A stretch of 64,000 nucleotides of DNA from positions 21,390,001 through 21,454,000 of the forward strand of contig CM074513.1 in NCBI GenBank assembly GCA_037379345.1, read 5' to 3'. Origin of the DNA: Perna viridis. Lineage: Eukaryota. The position numbers and the translations under genes are program-made. Numbering within the stretch: position 1 is the first letter of the stretch; every line of letters starts with the position of its first letter. A model generated the notes under the pieces. The model had not been told where the DNA came from, did no database searches, and saw nothing but the letters and a program-made list of their open reading frames with translations. Positions 1 through 12,624 of this stretch are shown piece after piece.

Positions 1-525
1 GATCACGTAACTGATCACTGAATCTTGAAATTATCAGTGCTTTACAAGTCTGAATAGGCAATATACAATACAATTTTACCTGCTTTTCCAAGCCGAAAGA
101 CGACAATTGAAGATCTTCACTTACATATACTACTGTGTTACAGTAGCGTGATATGTTCAGCTGATTGAAGAAATTAGTAAGTAATCATAGTAGCAGATAA
201 TTTTAAATAAAGTAAATGCTAAATGAACATTTTTTGAGTGCCATTATTTAATTTGTATGCCTTGATATTGAATTATTGATTTGTGCAATGTTATCCAAGC
301 ATCAGGGGCAAAAGGAGCGATTTCTCATGTTAATTTTCAGTTGTTTTACAGCAACTTAATTACGGATAAATCAGGTTTTCCAACTAAAGAGATTCACCAT
401 TTGGTATTTCCTTATTAAACGCCCCTGTCAGCTACTCTTGAAGTACAAATTCAAACTACACGCCGACAAATAAATACAATGATTTGCGCTCGTATTTCAA
501 TACTGAAGCTTTATTCACAGTTTTA

Positions 526-1017
526 AGCTCATACTTTATGCCAGAGCTTACCGTAACTACGTCGACTTTTTGTATCGTGCTAGACCTCTTACAATTAATA
601 ACAAGCTTCTGGAACAGGGTTATGCAGCTACAAGATTGAAGTCATCACTTCAGATGTTATATGGTCATCCTAAACTCGTAGAACGTTACGGTGTATCCAT
701 CTGCACCATGAACAGTGATTTGTTCAAGGTGTCATAGTTTTCCTTTCCTCTTTCGTCTACCTTGGACTTAACTTTTTATGAGCAACTCGTTGGGTATTTC
801 TAAAAAAGCAGAGGACGCTTACTCTACCGATGCATCTGGTGCATGCCCCCTGTTTTTATTGTAGTCCGTGTTGTTAATTTACTTTTGTTACTTTGTATGT
901 ATTGTTTTGGTTATTTTATGTTCTCTGTTGAGTATATCTGTTTTCCATGTCCGGTCTTTGTCCCTGTATTACATTCATTTTATTTCCACTAGAATCTTGG
1001 TTCCCTTGATTACTCTT
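526..1017 (+). mobile_element. Naiad-type Penelope-like element family A, degraded 3' fragment (RT C-terminus + 3' UTR)
   Basis: Matches the reverse complement of 3707-4195 and ends in ttcccttgattactctt. Confidence 0.85.
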
Positions 1018-2622
1018 ACTAAATACATAAAACATGTAATATTAAATATTGTTTTCGGCACATCAATTAGCTCCCTTTAATTTATGGTAGATTTTAACAT
1101 TTGGAAAGCCTTTACAGTCATCAAGTAATTGATAAGTACATTTTTTCATAAATTTCACGAAATAAAACAAAACAGTATAAAATATGCTTTAGTAAAGTGA
1201 AATTTTGCTACATCGTTTGCTGCAAAAGTTCTATCATTGAATCATTTCATTGTCGATTAGAGCACTTTGACTGAGGTAGTTTTTTTTCAATTTAATTTGT
1301 CATAGGAATTTGAATTATTTCGTTCGGCTGATTCATAATCACTGCAAAAAATAAATATCCCCCGAAATAATAAGCAACGCGGTTTATAGATACTTAAAAC
1401 TAGAATACATGCAGATTCATTCACATACCCTTTAAAACACTTTTATAAATCTTACTTTTAATGAAGGCCAATGACATAAGTCGTCATGGAGCGTTACGAC
1501 AGTTAACATTAAATATATAAATGACCCCACAGATAAAATTATATAGTAAAATTCCTGACTATTTTTATCAATATGTAGGTTAAATTACATTTATTTCATA
1601 TTGAGAATGAACTCTTGCTCGGGATAAATGCTTGTGTATTTATGATGCAGAAAAATGAATTCACAGTTGAATGGATTTACTTAAATAAGGATTATAACTT
1701 TAATATTAATGATAGTTTGGATAAAGTGTGTTGATGATGTGTAAATATTACCTTTCGTTTTATTTATTCTTTATCTCATTCCCACGATAACATATTTGAG
1801 TTGGTATTGAAAAATGTTCATGGATTTCTCCTACAAGTGAGTATTCGCCATTATGTTTTACTTTATTTCATTAACTTGTAAACAAAAGTATGTAAAAACT
1901 TTCTCCATAAATGGTTCACATTTTGAAGCTGTATTATTCTATAAATGTCATAAAAACAAAGGACACAACGGTTTTACCGTAATAATTGCTCGACAGGTTA
2001 AATATTTAACTAAATGTAAATATTGATTTTGATATCAATACATGTACACGACTTCTTTTGTACATGTCGTTTTGTAATCACAAAATAATATAGTAATTAC
2101 ACGGTTATGCGCTTAATAGCAGTGTAAAGTTTGTTTCCCTATGCGATATGAAAATGAAGGATAAAATGAAAACTGCATTTAGAATAAGAAGACAAACAGA
2201 CGGGCAGATGAATATACTCTATGTAAAGACGGGAAAATATAGATACCAGTTTTATTAACAAACAAGAGGCACGTGCATTTTTGCAAAATATTTTTAGTAA
2301 ATATTTATGTTTCTAAGTTCTTTTCTCAAAGTTGGTTGATTATTTAATTAATTTTATATTCTACTGATAGCACTCTCGTGACACTGTACTAGATGAAATA
2401 GATAAAACTTTGTAATTAACAATTTATGAACTATGCCAACATTTTCACGTTCCTATATATTTATTCATACAAATATATTGAAAAGGAATAAATACGTCAT
2501 GCCAACAAAATTTATTTGCAGTTATTCTACAGTTCAAAATTTGATTTTAGGAAAAACTTGTTTTTCAATTACTCACATATCGTAAGGTTCAAAGACAGCA
2601 TTTTAAGTACTTCTCCTTCTAA

Positions 2623-2956
2623 GTGTCAGGTATAATGTGTATATTGAGTGGCACATGAAGAAAAAAATGCAGGAAATGTATTGCAACGTACATTAAGTTT
2701 TCTACAATTGTTCCTCAAAGCATCGATCAAAGTGTTTGCTAAGCTTGCCTTTTTAAGATATTGATAGGTCAAATTTAGTTGAAAAGCACTAACTCGACGG
2801 AAATATTTTCCCAATTTTTTTCTCCATATAAACAGTAAATATCTGTGTGACGAATGCTCCTGGGTACATTTAAATATATTCTCGGTGGCTTTCTAGATAT
2901 GTTTGGGCCAAAATAGAATAAATTAAGAGAATTATGTGCCGCCCTTTGCCTGATAC
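2623..2956. mobile_element. TTAA-flanked MITE family B (Kolobok-like), degraded
   Basis: ctaa|gtgtcaggtataatg ... tttgcctgatac|ttaa. Ends and length resemble 12625-12978 and 35405-35763. Confidence 0.5.
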
Positions 2957-3403
2957 TTAATGAGAATGGTACTTAAAACCATATTAAAACTACAGCTGCA
3001 ATGATAAAACAAGGTGAACAATTGTGAAATTAGCAAATGAATTGTAAAAGAATGTATGGAAACGGAGGAATTTTAAAAGGTCAAATAGGATAAAAACATC
3101 CTAACAGACACCGTTTGTTCCTGACTTCTCTCTCCATGTAAAAACATCATATTAATATTAGCGTAGTTTAAGTAAGATCAATGCTCGCTGTCAGACGAGA
3201 TCAGAAATTTAGGCACCGCAAAGATGACGGGAAAAGAAACAATTTGGAAAAAGAATGGTTTCATGAAACTACTTCCTACTAAATGTCGTTTTTTCGCTTT
3301 GCTCGTTTACACCATTTCTTACCTGAACTACTTCACCCACTTCTTGAGGGTAAGCGAAAACAGACAATCGTGACTTAGCAACATGTTTGGCATTTATTTT
3401 GAG

Positions 3404-3506
3404 GGATTGATTGATTTATTTATTGAATTGATTGATTAATTGATTGAATTGATTGATTAAATTTATTAAATTGATTGATTAATTGATTGATTGTGTTTTA
3501 ACGCCC
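3404..3506 (-). repeat. (GATT)n microsatellite, probable 3' tail of a SINE/LINE
   Basis: Minus strand reads ggcgttaaaacacaatcaatcaat..., similar to the SINE tail at 11293-11323. Confidence 0.65.
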
Positions 3507-3706
3507 TAGGACGGATAATTAATATTTTTAGGATCGACGCAAACGTTTTTCGTCGATGGAACAGAACAATATGTACTTGTCTGAAACCCTTCGAATCGAG
3601 TCAGGTTTTTTAATCTGCTAGTTTATAACTCGCAGGTAGGCGTGTTACTAAATTTATACATTACAAATGTACTCAGCGGAATTCTTTATACAACCCACGT
3701 ACTTTG

Positions 3707-5538
3707 AAAGAGTAATCAAGGGAACCAAGGTTATAGCGCTAATCAAACAAATATAATCCAGGGGCAAAGACCAGACATGGAAAACAGACACATACAACAA
3801 AGAACATAAAGTAACTAAAATCATACATACAAAGTAACAAAAGTAAATGAGCAACTCGGACTCCACTAAAAACTGGAGCATGGACCAGATGCACCGGTAG
3901 GGTAAGCGTCCTCTGCTTTTCTAGAAACACTCGCCGAGTTGCTCATAAAAGGTCAAGTCCGGGGTAGACAAACGAGGAAAGGAAAACTATGACCGGTTGA
4001 ATAAATCAGTTTTCATGATGCTGATGGATACATCATAACGATCCACGAGTTCATGATGACCACCATAAAACTTCTGTAGTGATGATTTCAATCTTGTAGC
4101 AACATAACCCTGTTCCAGAAGCCTATTTGTTAGACTTCTAGCGCGATACAAAAAGTCTGCGTAGTTTCGGCAAGCTCTGGCATAACGTATGAGTTGTCAT
4201 ATGAACACTCCATACGCAGGAGCCGAAGTGATGTTGCCACAGATGAAAGGAAAGTTGACAATTTTAAATGAAAAGTCATCACGTTTGTCGTAAATGGTCA
4301 ATAGTTTTCCTTTACCATCGATTTCTAGGTGTAGGTCAAGATATGAGGCTGACTTCACAGTGTCTGTAGTATCCTTTTTCTCAGGTTCTTTTGGGTAGAT
4401 GCGATGTATCAAATCCCCGAAATTAGGATTGTTTAAAGGTAGTATGTCATCTATGTAGCGGAAACTGAGATTGAAGGATCTAGCCAAACGATATTCTTTC
4501 TTTCGGATCAAATCAGCTATAAAGTCAGCCTCATAAGAGTGAAGAAATAGGTCAGCAAGTAAAGGAGCACAGTTTGTTCCTATTGGAATGCCGACCGTTT
4601 GTTGAAAAACACGTCCACCACACTAGACAAATATGTTGTCGATTAAAAATTCCATTATTTTGTAGACATCTTCTGTATATTTGGAAGATGATTTGGAATT
4701 ATTTCTTACAAAGTATGAGGAATCTCTACCAAGAACTATATATTTGTATCTAGATGTACCACCTTTTTTGAAAAAAAACAACGATGTATAATGTTTTTAA
4801 GTCGGGATTTTAACTAAGTATGGGGAATAGAAGTATACAGTGTTGAAAAATCATAGGTTTCAATGCTATTATTTTCAGATAATAGTCTTGAACTCATTGT
4901 CTCCAAAAGATTTTTCGAATTTTTCAGGATCCACATTGAATTAATACCACTACGGGAGTAACAAGTGTTGTGGTAGGACTGCAGACCCTCTTTGACAGTT
5001 GTGAGTATAGAAGTTAAAAGTTTTGAAAGAGGTTTGGTGGTACATTTTGCAGATCCAGCTATGAATCGTTGTTTGTATGGATTCTTGTGAAGTTTAGGAA
5101 TCCAGTATAAAGACGGTAAATCACAATCATCGTCCTTGGTAGAGAGACCAAAAGAGGATAGCACAGATTTATGGTTTTCCACAATCTCTTCTTTGGAGAG
5201 AGTGGTAGCAGTATAGGTCTTATCAATGCTATTATTTTCTACGTCTACCTCTGATAATAAACACTGGATATAAAACGTTTTGCAGACAAAAACAATGTTG
5301 TTTTGGGCTTTGTCTGCTGGTACGACAACATATTTGTCATGTATAGTAGACAATGTTTTTGCTACATCGGGGTCTTTGAAAACTGATGTAGCCTTGGCAC
5401 TCATTGACCTACTTAAAACTTTCATTCGTTTCAAAATTAAAGACGTCACGGCCTTTAACCACTCTGACAGAGAATCAATGTCTTCTTGTTCTCGTTTTAT
5501 TCATTTTCTTGCATAGTCCTCGACGGCATCCATAACAG
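3707..5538 (-). mobile_element. Naiad-type Penelope-like retroelement family A, 5'-truncated, RT pseudogene
   Basis: RT motifs VVVPADKAQNN, LYWIPKLHKNPYKQRFI, YDFSTLYTSIPH, GIPIGTNCAPLLADLFL, FRYIDD, YLDL, QLIRYARAC. The ORF ends just after the RT thumb with no C-terminal GIY-YIG. Several in-frame stops (~5498 TGA, 4814 TAG, ~4624 TAG, 4197 TGA) and a frameshift near 4775. Confidence 0.9.
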
Positions 5539-7161
5539 CTGAGAACACTGAATACTTAGGTATCAATTGACAGGAAAAAGAACTCACGACCAACCACATT
5601 TGAGGCAAACGCGCTATCACTAAATCACTTAGGAAACTTTCTTTGAATTGTTTATGCTCTTTTGGGATACAGGAAATGAAAGTAATATCATCTATTTAAG
5701 AGAACGTTTTAAGATGTGTAGAATACTATTTAAGTCGACATGATGTAATTAATAGATATCAATTTCCCTTATTTATACAAATTCTTCTTTTAATCTTTAC
5801 TTTATATGGAGTTGTTTAGCGTTATCAAAAGTGTTTAACCTTTGAAATATTAAATTGATTGCATCAGAATGGAATATGAAAAAGCTGCGAATTATTTTTT
5901 TCGGACTCATTAAAACCGTTTAAGAGCAAACTCTGACTAACAAAATCACACTGTACTTAAATGAATCGACAAAAAGTTGTCGCCTACGTCGATGTATTAA
6001 TTATTTGCCATCTGTTAATCATTGAACAGGTCGATTATTTTCCTTTAAACTTTCCGCCTTGTTGACGTTGTTTTGGTTATAAGATGACATCAAACTGTGA
6101 AAAGTGATCCTCAAAGATTTTTAGATATTGTATGACATTTTGTGTATAAATGTGACAAATATGAGTTTATTATCTATCTTGGTTAATCCACTTCCAAACA
6201 TGTAGCGGTAAAATTGATTCCTAAATCAACGTATTTGACTCATGTACAACTTACAGCTTTAATTGTCTTAGTTTTGCCATTATAAAACTATGTAATATGA
6301 GGTACAATGAGTTGGAAAGACACAACTCATTCTGGCTACTAACAACGGATATTGTTGTTCAACTAATATTTTTTCTAATGTTTATAATTTTGTATAAATA
6401 CTTATATTTTAAGACAAATTTAACCTTATATAGCAAATCGCATTTTCTGTCTTAATATTTAGACCTTGATAATAGTATTGAACAAATCATATCATAAATA
6501 TGACAAAAAAGATAATTTCTCCTACGAGACGTGGTTAGTTTCTGTGTACAGCACTTTTAATAGAAGTCATAATTTGTTTTTATTCTGTTTTGGTATTACT
6601 TTAACCAAATTATATGACACGAGCAACTTTTTTTCTTGTTTTGTTGAAGTATTATGCATGTCATTATCGCTGTATCTATTATAGTATTTCGACAAGTTGC
6701 TTCATATTAATTCAATAGGAAAATGTCATTTCATTTCATATTTCTCTTTTTAATATGAATTAATCACTGACGTCCAATAATTAAACAGTCAATAGGAATA
6801 AGTATTGCGTGTTCTTTTAGTTACAATCGAGATTCAAATAAGGGATAAGAAACTAGCAATCTCTGCATTTTTTTCCTAATTCAATATGTAATGATATATC
6901 CATGTTAATGCATTTTGCTTAGTCTGTTAGAGCATACTTGGATATCACTAAAACGTATATACGTATTATTTCACGAAACATTTATACTCAAAGGGTCTTT
7001 TCAGCTAGTAAAATTTACTGATGTGTATGTCTGTATATTTCTTCCAAGTTAACTTCAATGATCATGAAGGAATGTAAACAATAAAGTGGCTGTTGGTCTT
7101 AGTTGATCAGTTTTAACATAACCCATACAAGGAATGATGTTTAGAAATTCGTTAAACTTAA

Positions 7162-7329
7162 AACAGTAAAATTTGTCTATTCGGATCCTGAATTTTTCGA
7201 AAACCGTTTAAATCAGACACAGTCAGTAGATATCAATAAAATGTACGTTTTACCTTGATAAACTGAACATCTGTCTAAACCGAACTGACATTTTTGTCCA
7301 AAAGAGGTTCGGGTCAAATAGGTTTCTGT
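7162..7329. mobile_element. pogo/Tigger-like MITE (ACAGT...CTGT ends)
   Basis: Starts acagtaaaatttgtcta, contains tgtctaaaccgaac, ends aggtttctgt. Related pieces at ~8953-9505, 12535-13074, 19290-19335, 34876-34925 and 41840-42116. Confidence 0.5.
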
Positions 7330-10300
7330 GCATGTTCATCTTTTGTCGTCATCATCTTTTTCCCTCGACTTGAAATCAATTCATGTATTTGTGTATTTGA
7401 GTAAAATTGGTATATCTGCAAGTGATTGATATATGTGTGTAAATGATGGACCTAAACCAAACTTCACATATTTATCATAGCTGAAGAACCATATCACTTC
7501 GGGCAATAGGATTTACATTATAAATGGGAATGACAACAATTTCAAAGTTATCACGATAGTATATTGACTTACCAATTTCTTATAAGTAGATTTTGATTTA
7601 GGACTTTAGAACATAAATATTGTTAATGTGCTTAAATTTATCGATTCATATTTTATGAGAGGAGACGAAACGTACGAAATGGTAAGATTTTTATATTATC
7701 TATCTTTATACTAGTATTATGACTTTTAACAATTCGTGATTTTAAGGAACTAAAGATATCTTGGTGAATGAAACTTTTCTAAGTTAAGAATGTTAATTAC
7801 CAATGTGAACGGTAATTGAAATTTATAGTATGGGGAATAATTGGAGAGGAGTTGACATCGTTTTTAAAGGATATATTACATACACTAGTTTCATGCAAGC
7901 TTAGTTTGAAGAAGACTTGTCTTGCTTATATATTACTGTCTATTAATTTCTTTCTAATAATTTATCCACCATTTTACAATAAATGTACTAAGATGTTTTC
8001 ACAAACGCATTTCAAATTTAGGTATCATATCACGTGATATATGTTCTTCTTGTTAGGGGTTTGTATTCATTTGTGTGTCTTTGTTTCGATTTTTTTTTTT
8101 GCAGTATTAGTTGTTTCTGTTACGACTGATTGATGTTTAGCTTTGACTTTGTGCATTGATTTCCGAGTTAAGAATTGATTAATGATTTCTCTTGCTTTTA
8201 CTTTACATGAATGAAATTCGGAACATGTGTAGCTAAGGCTAATCCATGGTTCCGGTTTGACAGATGCCAATGTATTGTATTTGTCCGGTGTTTATATAGT
8301 CGATTTCATAGCATTTAAGTGGCTTTATTAATCATAGCACACTCTCTATGAATACTTAACTTTATTACGCTTGCTCTAAAGGGCATACAATATATTCATT
8401 AACTTTTGGGCAAAAAGTGGGAACACATATGTACACAGTCGAGATTTTTTTTATTGTAGGTTTTTTTTTAATGCGCTTAATCGTTGACAAGCATAATATA
8501 GTCATTAAATTATGAACAAGAAGTTTGAATAAATATAAACATAAAATTTAATAATTTGGTTGTTTTCTCAGTATAAGTTGTCCCAAACTTATATGTGAAA
8601 CTATACTTACGTATTGTGGTTATGTATTTGTCCTTGGGAGTCTATTTATACTATGCAAAGAAGGAGATATTTGGGACGTTATGCAAAGACAACATTTCCC
8701 TTTCAATTTATTAAAAGAAATCATATATAATCATGTTTTGCACTGAACGTTTGAGAAGGTAAGCAATAATAAAAAGAATTATTTACCACACACACTATTT
8801 AGTCAAAGTATAGAGCATACGCAATATTGTATATGGTAACGCTGTTACATATAAATTGTTTACGAGACATTATCTGAAACAGTAGCAACAATGTTAGTTA
8901 CACTTCACTTCACGTAGTAAAGTATTTACGAAATAAGGTTTTTTTCATAATATAACAGAGAAATCGATCTAAACCGAACACTGAATAATTCGACAGTCTG
9001 TCTAAATCAGACACTTTTATAGTCCACATGTGTCTATTAAGTAGCACTCCGCATAAGAATCATGCAAAATGTAGTGCATGGTTGGAAAGCCTACATATTT
9101 TTATTTTTGAATTTTTTAATCATAGTTAATAGAAGTAACATCTGGCTTCTCATATGACCCTAGTTCATAGTAGATAAAAAAATATATAGAATGTACTGTA
9201 GTATTCAAAATTAAGGGAGATAACTCTGTAAATGACACTAAAATACAATAGAAACGATTGAATTTTCCATGTGGATTATCCTCTAAAAGCAGACAGAATT
9301 GAATGAGTAATTATACATTCCATCATAATGACCTATAAAGGAAATAAAATACTTATTTTTTTTTATGTATCACATTTTACAGAATATGCATGAAGTTTAC
9401 AAAGACTACTACTTAAAATTAATATTCAACCTGGATAAATTGAACACCTGTGTAAACCGAACCAATTTTACCGACCCTAAAAGAGAACCTAAACAGTTCA
9501 TTTACATGGAAGGGTTTGTTTATCTGTGTTCACATTCACATTTATTTTTATACATACATATATAACTCAGAGAGAATAACTTATGAATACTTTCGATTCA
9601 AATCATATTAAACATTCCATTATTAAAACGGTGTTTACTTTTATCGAAATTAAGAAATATTTACATACTTTAAATTCTATTTAACGAATGATTTAGTATC
9701 AATGACCTAGTATTTCTTTCTAATTCCATTTATCGTCAAGATTTGACTTCAGGGTTTTGTGACATATGTAAAGAAAGAAAAATTATCGATGAAACTAAAA
9801 CAAAATCACAAATCAAACAAGTATGAAATGAAAAATGATATTTCGAGAGTATATTTTCACAGTATCTATTATATGTAAAACGCAATATGAAAAGTTTGAA
9901 GTATTTACACATAGGTCAAGATGTCATATGGCAAAGAAAATATTTTAGGTCTCTGTGGTATACTTTTCTATTTGAATTAAACGCCTGTCATGTTTTTGCA
10001 AGCTACATTAACTTAGACAAGACAGTAGGGACAAATTGAATTAATTATCATCCTTGAATATATATATTAGGATTTGTTTCGTCGCAGCCAGTATTTAGCC
10101 ATTCTGAGGTTAATATGCCATTAAGTAGATGGGAATCAATGACTTTATAATGCTTTTGATAAATATCCAAGTTCAACAAGAGCGAAGACAAGATTCTAGA
10201 CCGCCTACCCACCTGCACATGAAATTTAACTAAATGACATGTGCAACAATTAAACACATTTATTCAATTTAGTTCGAACAAGCTGGATTCCTTTGGAAAT

Positions 10301-10713
10301 TGTTTCGATTCATTCACAAAAAGCTTATATATATATAAGATAAATCAAATTTTGCTTTTGCGTTTGGTAAATGGTTCGTTGGAACTCGTTAAAATGTGAT
10401 TTTCAAATTTCTTATGGCAACTTAGATATTTACAAAAAATCCACGAATATTTATCTCATTGCAGCTCTTTTTTATCTCTTGAAATATTTTTTAATCACAA
10501 TGAACAGATGGATTTTACATACATACTCACTTACCCTCACAAAAAATCTAATACATCCGAAAAAACGACTATAATATGAAGTCGTTAAACGCTTTATCTT
10601 TCCAAACTTATTCAAATGATAAATGTTGTTTTTGGATCAAAAAGTCCATTTTCGTTTCTAAAAGACAGGTCAAACTCAATATTATGCTGTTTATTTTATC
10701 ATTACTACAAAAA

Positions 10714-11323
10714 TTGTCGGATGCGGTATTTCGTTGGTTTGATCCCCGGTCGAGTAACACCAAAGATTTCAAAAATTGGTAGTCACTGATTCTCCGCAAG
10801 CACGCATCCTACAGTATAAGTAACAAGTGGTTGTATTTGGGTTTGAAGATTGTGTTCAAATTAAGTGATATGCTTACCTGAGGGCTGTTGCTTTTGTGAG
10901 CTATCTTCATTAAAAAAAAGTGGCTCGACGTGTCAGAGTATGCTATGCTAGATTGGTCATACTAAAGACCCCGCTAGGCGTGTCAGGGTACTACAATACT
11001 CGATTGGTCACAATAAAGATCCGGCTCGGCGTGTCAGGGTACTACAATACTCGATTAGTCACAATAAAGATCCGGCTCGGCGTGTCAGAGTACTACAATA
11101 CACGATTGGTCACAATAAAGATCCGGCTCGGCGTGTCAGGGTACTACAATACTCGATTGGTCACAATAATGATCCGGCTCGGCGTGTCAGGGTACTACAA
11201 TACTCGATTGGTCACAATAAAGACCCGACTCGGCGTGTCAGAGTACATGTACTACAATTTTTGTCCTACAATGCACAGATTATTTATCACAGGCTGTTGA
11301 AGCACAATCAATCAATCAATCAA
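10714..11323 (+). mobile_element. tRNA-derived SINE (possibly MetaSINE-like) with internal minisatellite and (AATC)n tail
   Basis: B-box-like GGTTTGATCCC at 10736, then ccaaagattt..aaaattggt..ttctccgcaagcacgca. Homologous to 54435-54655. Tail caatcaatcaatc. The superfamily call is from memory of mollusc SINEs and is not verified. Confidence 0.7.
10922..11258. repeat. 51-bp minisatellite, ~6.5 copies
   Basis: Unit cggctcggcgtgtcagggtactacaatactcgattggtcacaataaagatc. It explains the 17-aa repeat ORF at 10920-11300. Confidence 0.95.
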
Positions 11324-11863
11324 TAAAAAAAACAAAAACCTGTTTAAATTTAACCTTAGTAGTATATTTTAACCCCATATGTTTTAAAAACCTATAGTAA
11401 CTACACGTTTTACTTTCTTTTGTTTTGATAAAAAAAAAAACACGTTTTTCTGCCAAAATATTTATTTTGATTATGGTGAAAAATGAAATGTTGTTTTCCG
11501 TGTAAATATGTTATCTATCACCATGTAATCATTCACAAACATAGACTAATACGACAACGCATCATTAAGTAAGACTGTTCAGGAAGTTCTAGTTTACACT
11601 TTCATGAATTAGATGTTATTTACCAACCAAGTAGTCAGACTTGTCTGACCTCGAATTATATCAGATCTTATTAATCATATTTTTAAAAATCAGCATTATT
11701 AAAAAAATAAAATACCTAAAGCGCCGAGGCTTCATTCTTTATATTGCACATGGTAGAACCTGTTGGTGATGAATTCGGCTTCATACTTCGATACTTGTGG
11801 TATCGAATACTTCTTGTATACAATCGATTCTTTTATTTAGATCTTCCTATGTATTTAGTGATA

Positions 11864-11907
11864 ATGCTGCTGACGAGAGGTTACACCTTAAAACACGCGT
11901 ACGGCAT
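11864..11907 (+). ncRNA. Degenerate minimal type I hammerhead ribozyme
   Basis: ATGCTG-CTGACGA-GAGG-TTACA-CCTT-AAAA-CACGCG-TA-CGGCAT. Stem I is ATGCTG/CGGCAT, the CUGANGA core is intact, stem II is GAGG/CCTT, GAAA is mutated to AAAA, and the cleavage triplet is GUA. Confidence 0.55.
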
Positions 11908-12311
11908 GTCGAAAATTACAATATATATGATTTTTTTTTAATTTATAATCAATGGGTGGTTTGTGGACCTAAGGTTCGCGTGGATATTCACCAACCATTA
12001 GAATATTTACTTAGAATAACCCATTAGTCAGACTTATCTGACCCCAAACTATATCAGATTTTATTTACAATGTAACTTATTAATCAACATTTGCAGTAAT
12101 TTAAAAAAAAATGATTTTAAGGCTGCTTATGAGTGTACGTGAACAGCATATCGAAATTTACAATATATATATTCGGTACTTTTGTAAGTAAAAAACACTT
12201 TAGTTATATACTATAAGCAATCTGATGTTTTTGATGACTGTTTTCATTTAATAAAAGGAAGTGATAATACAATGCATCCCAAAAGAAGACTGCAAAGTAA
12301 TTACAATTTAA

Positions 12312-12523
12312 GGAGGTAGACCTAGGGTAAGGGACACAACTCTTACAAATCGGTGAAATTTTTGTATTTGGCATTTTACATCAATTTCATCTAAGTATCA
12401 GAGTAACTTGGATTGATTTCAATCTATATCAAATGAAAGCCTGATAGGCTAATGCGGAATTCAATATGATACAAACACATCACTGATTTCATGAGTTATT
12501 TCCCTTAGCCTTGGTCTGCCATC
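12312..12523. mobile_element. TTAA-flanked MITE family A (Kolobok-like, ~210 bp)
   Basis: TTAA|GGAGGTAGACCTAGGGTAAGGGAC ... tcccttagccttggtctgccatc|TTAA. Imperfect ~30-bp TIRs and RR..YY termini. Confidence 0.8.
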
Positions 12524-12624
12524 TTAAATTGACAATAGTGAAACCTTCCTTTACCTAACCCCATTACTGTAAATTGGTTTAATCAATTAATAAATATATA
12601 AATGTTAAGGGTCAGTTTCTGTAA

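Noticed and set aside
4197-4199. In-frame TGA codons in the Naiad RT as possible selenocysteine (some clam Naiads are selenoproteins)
   Set aside because: The sister copy at ~19207 has TCA (Ser) here. The TGA near 5498 falls at an expected Trp. The same copy also has TAG stops and a frameshift, so these are ordinary decay mutations.
5280-5516. 78-aa + strand ORF
   Set aside because: Antisense shadow of the Naiad RT.
7651-7682. Hammerhead-like tttatga..gacgaaacgtacg
   Set aside because: The CUGA core, stem II pairing and UH site are all missing; too degenerate to call.
10920-11300. 126-aa repeat protein or CRISPR-like array
   Set aside because: It is a head-to-tail 51-bp minisatellite in a SINE, with no unique spacers, no cas genes and a eukaryotic context.
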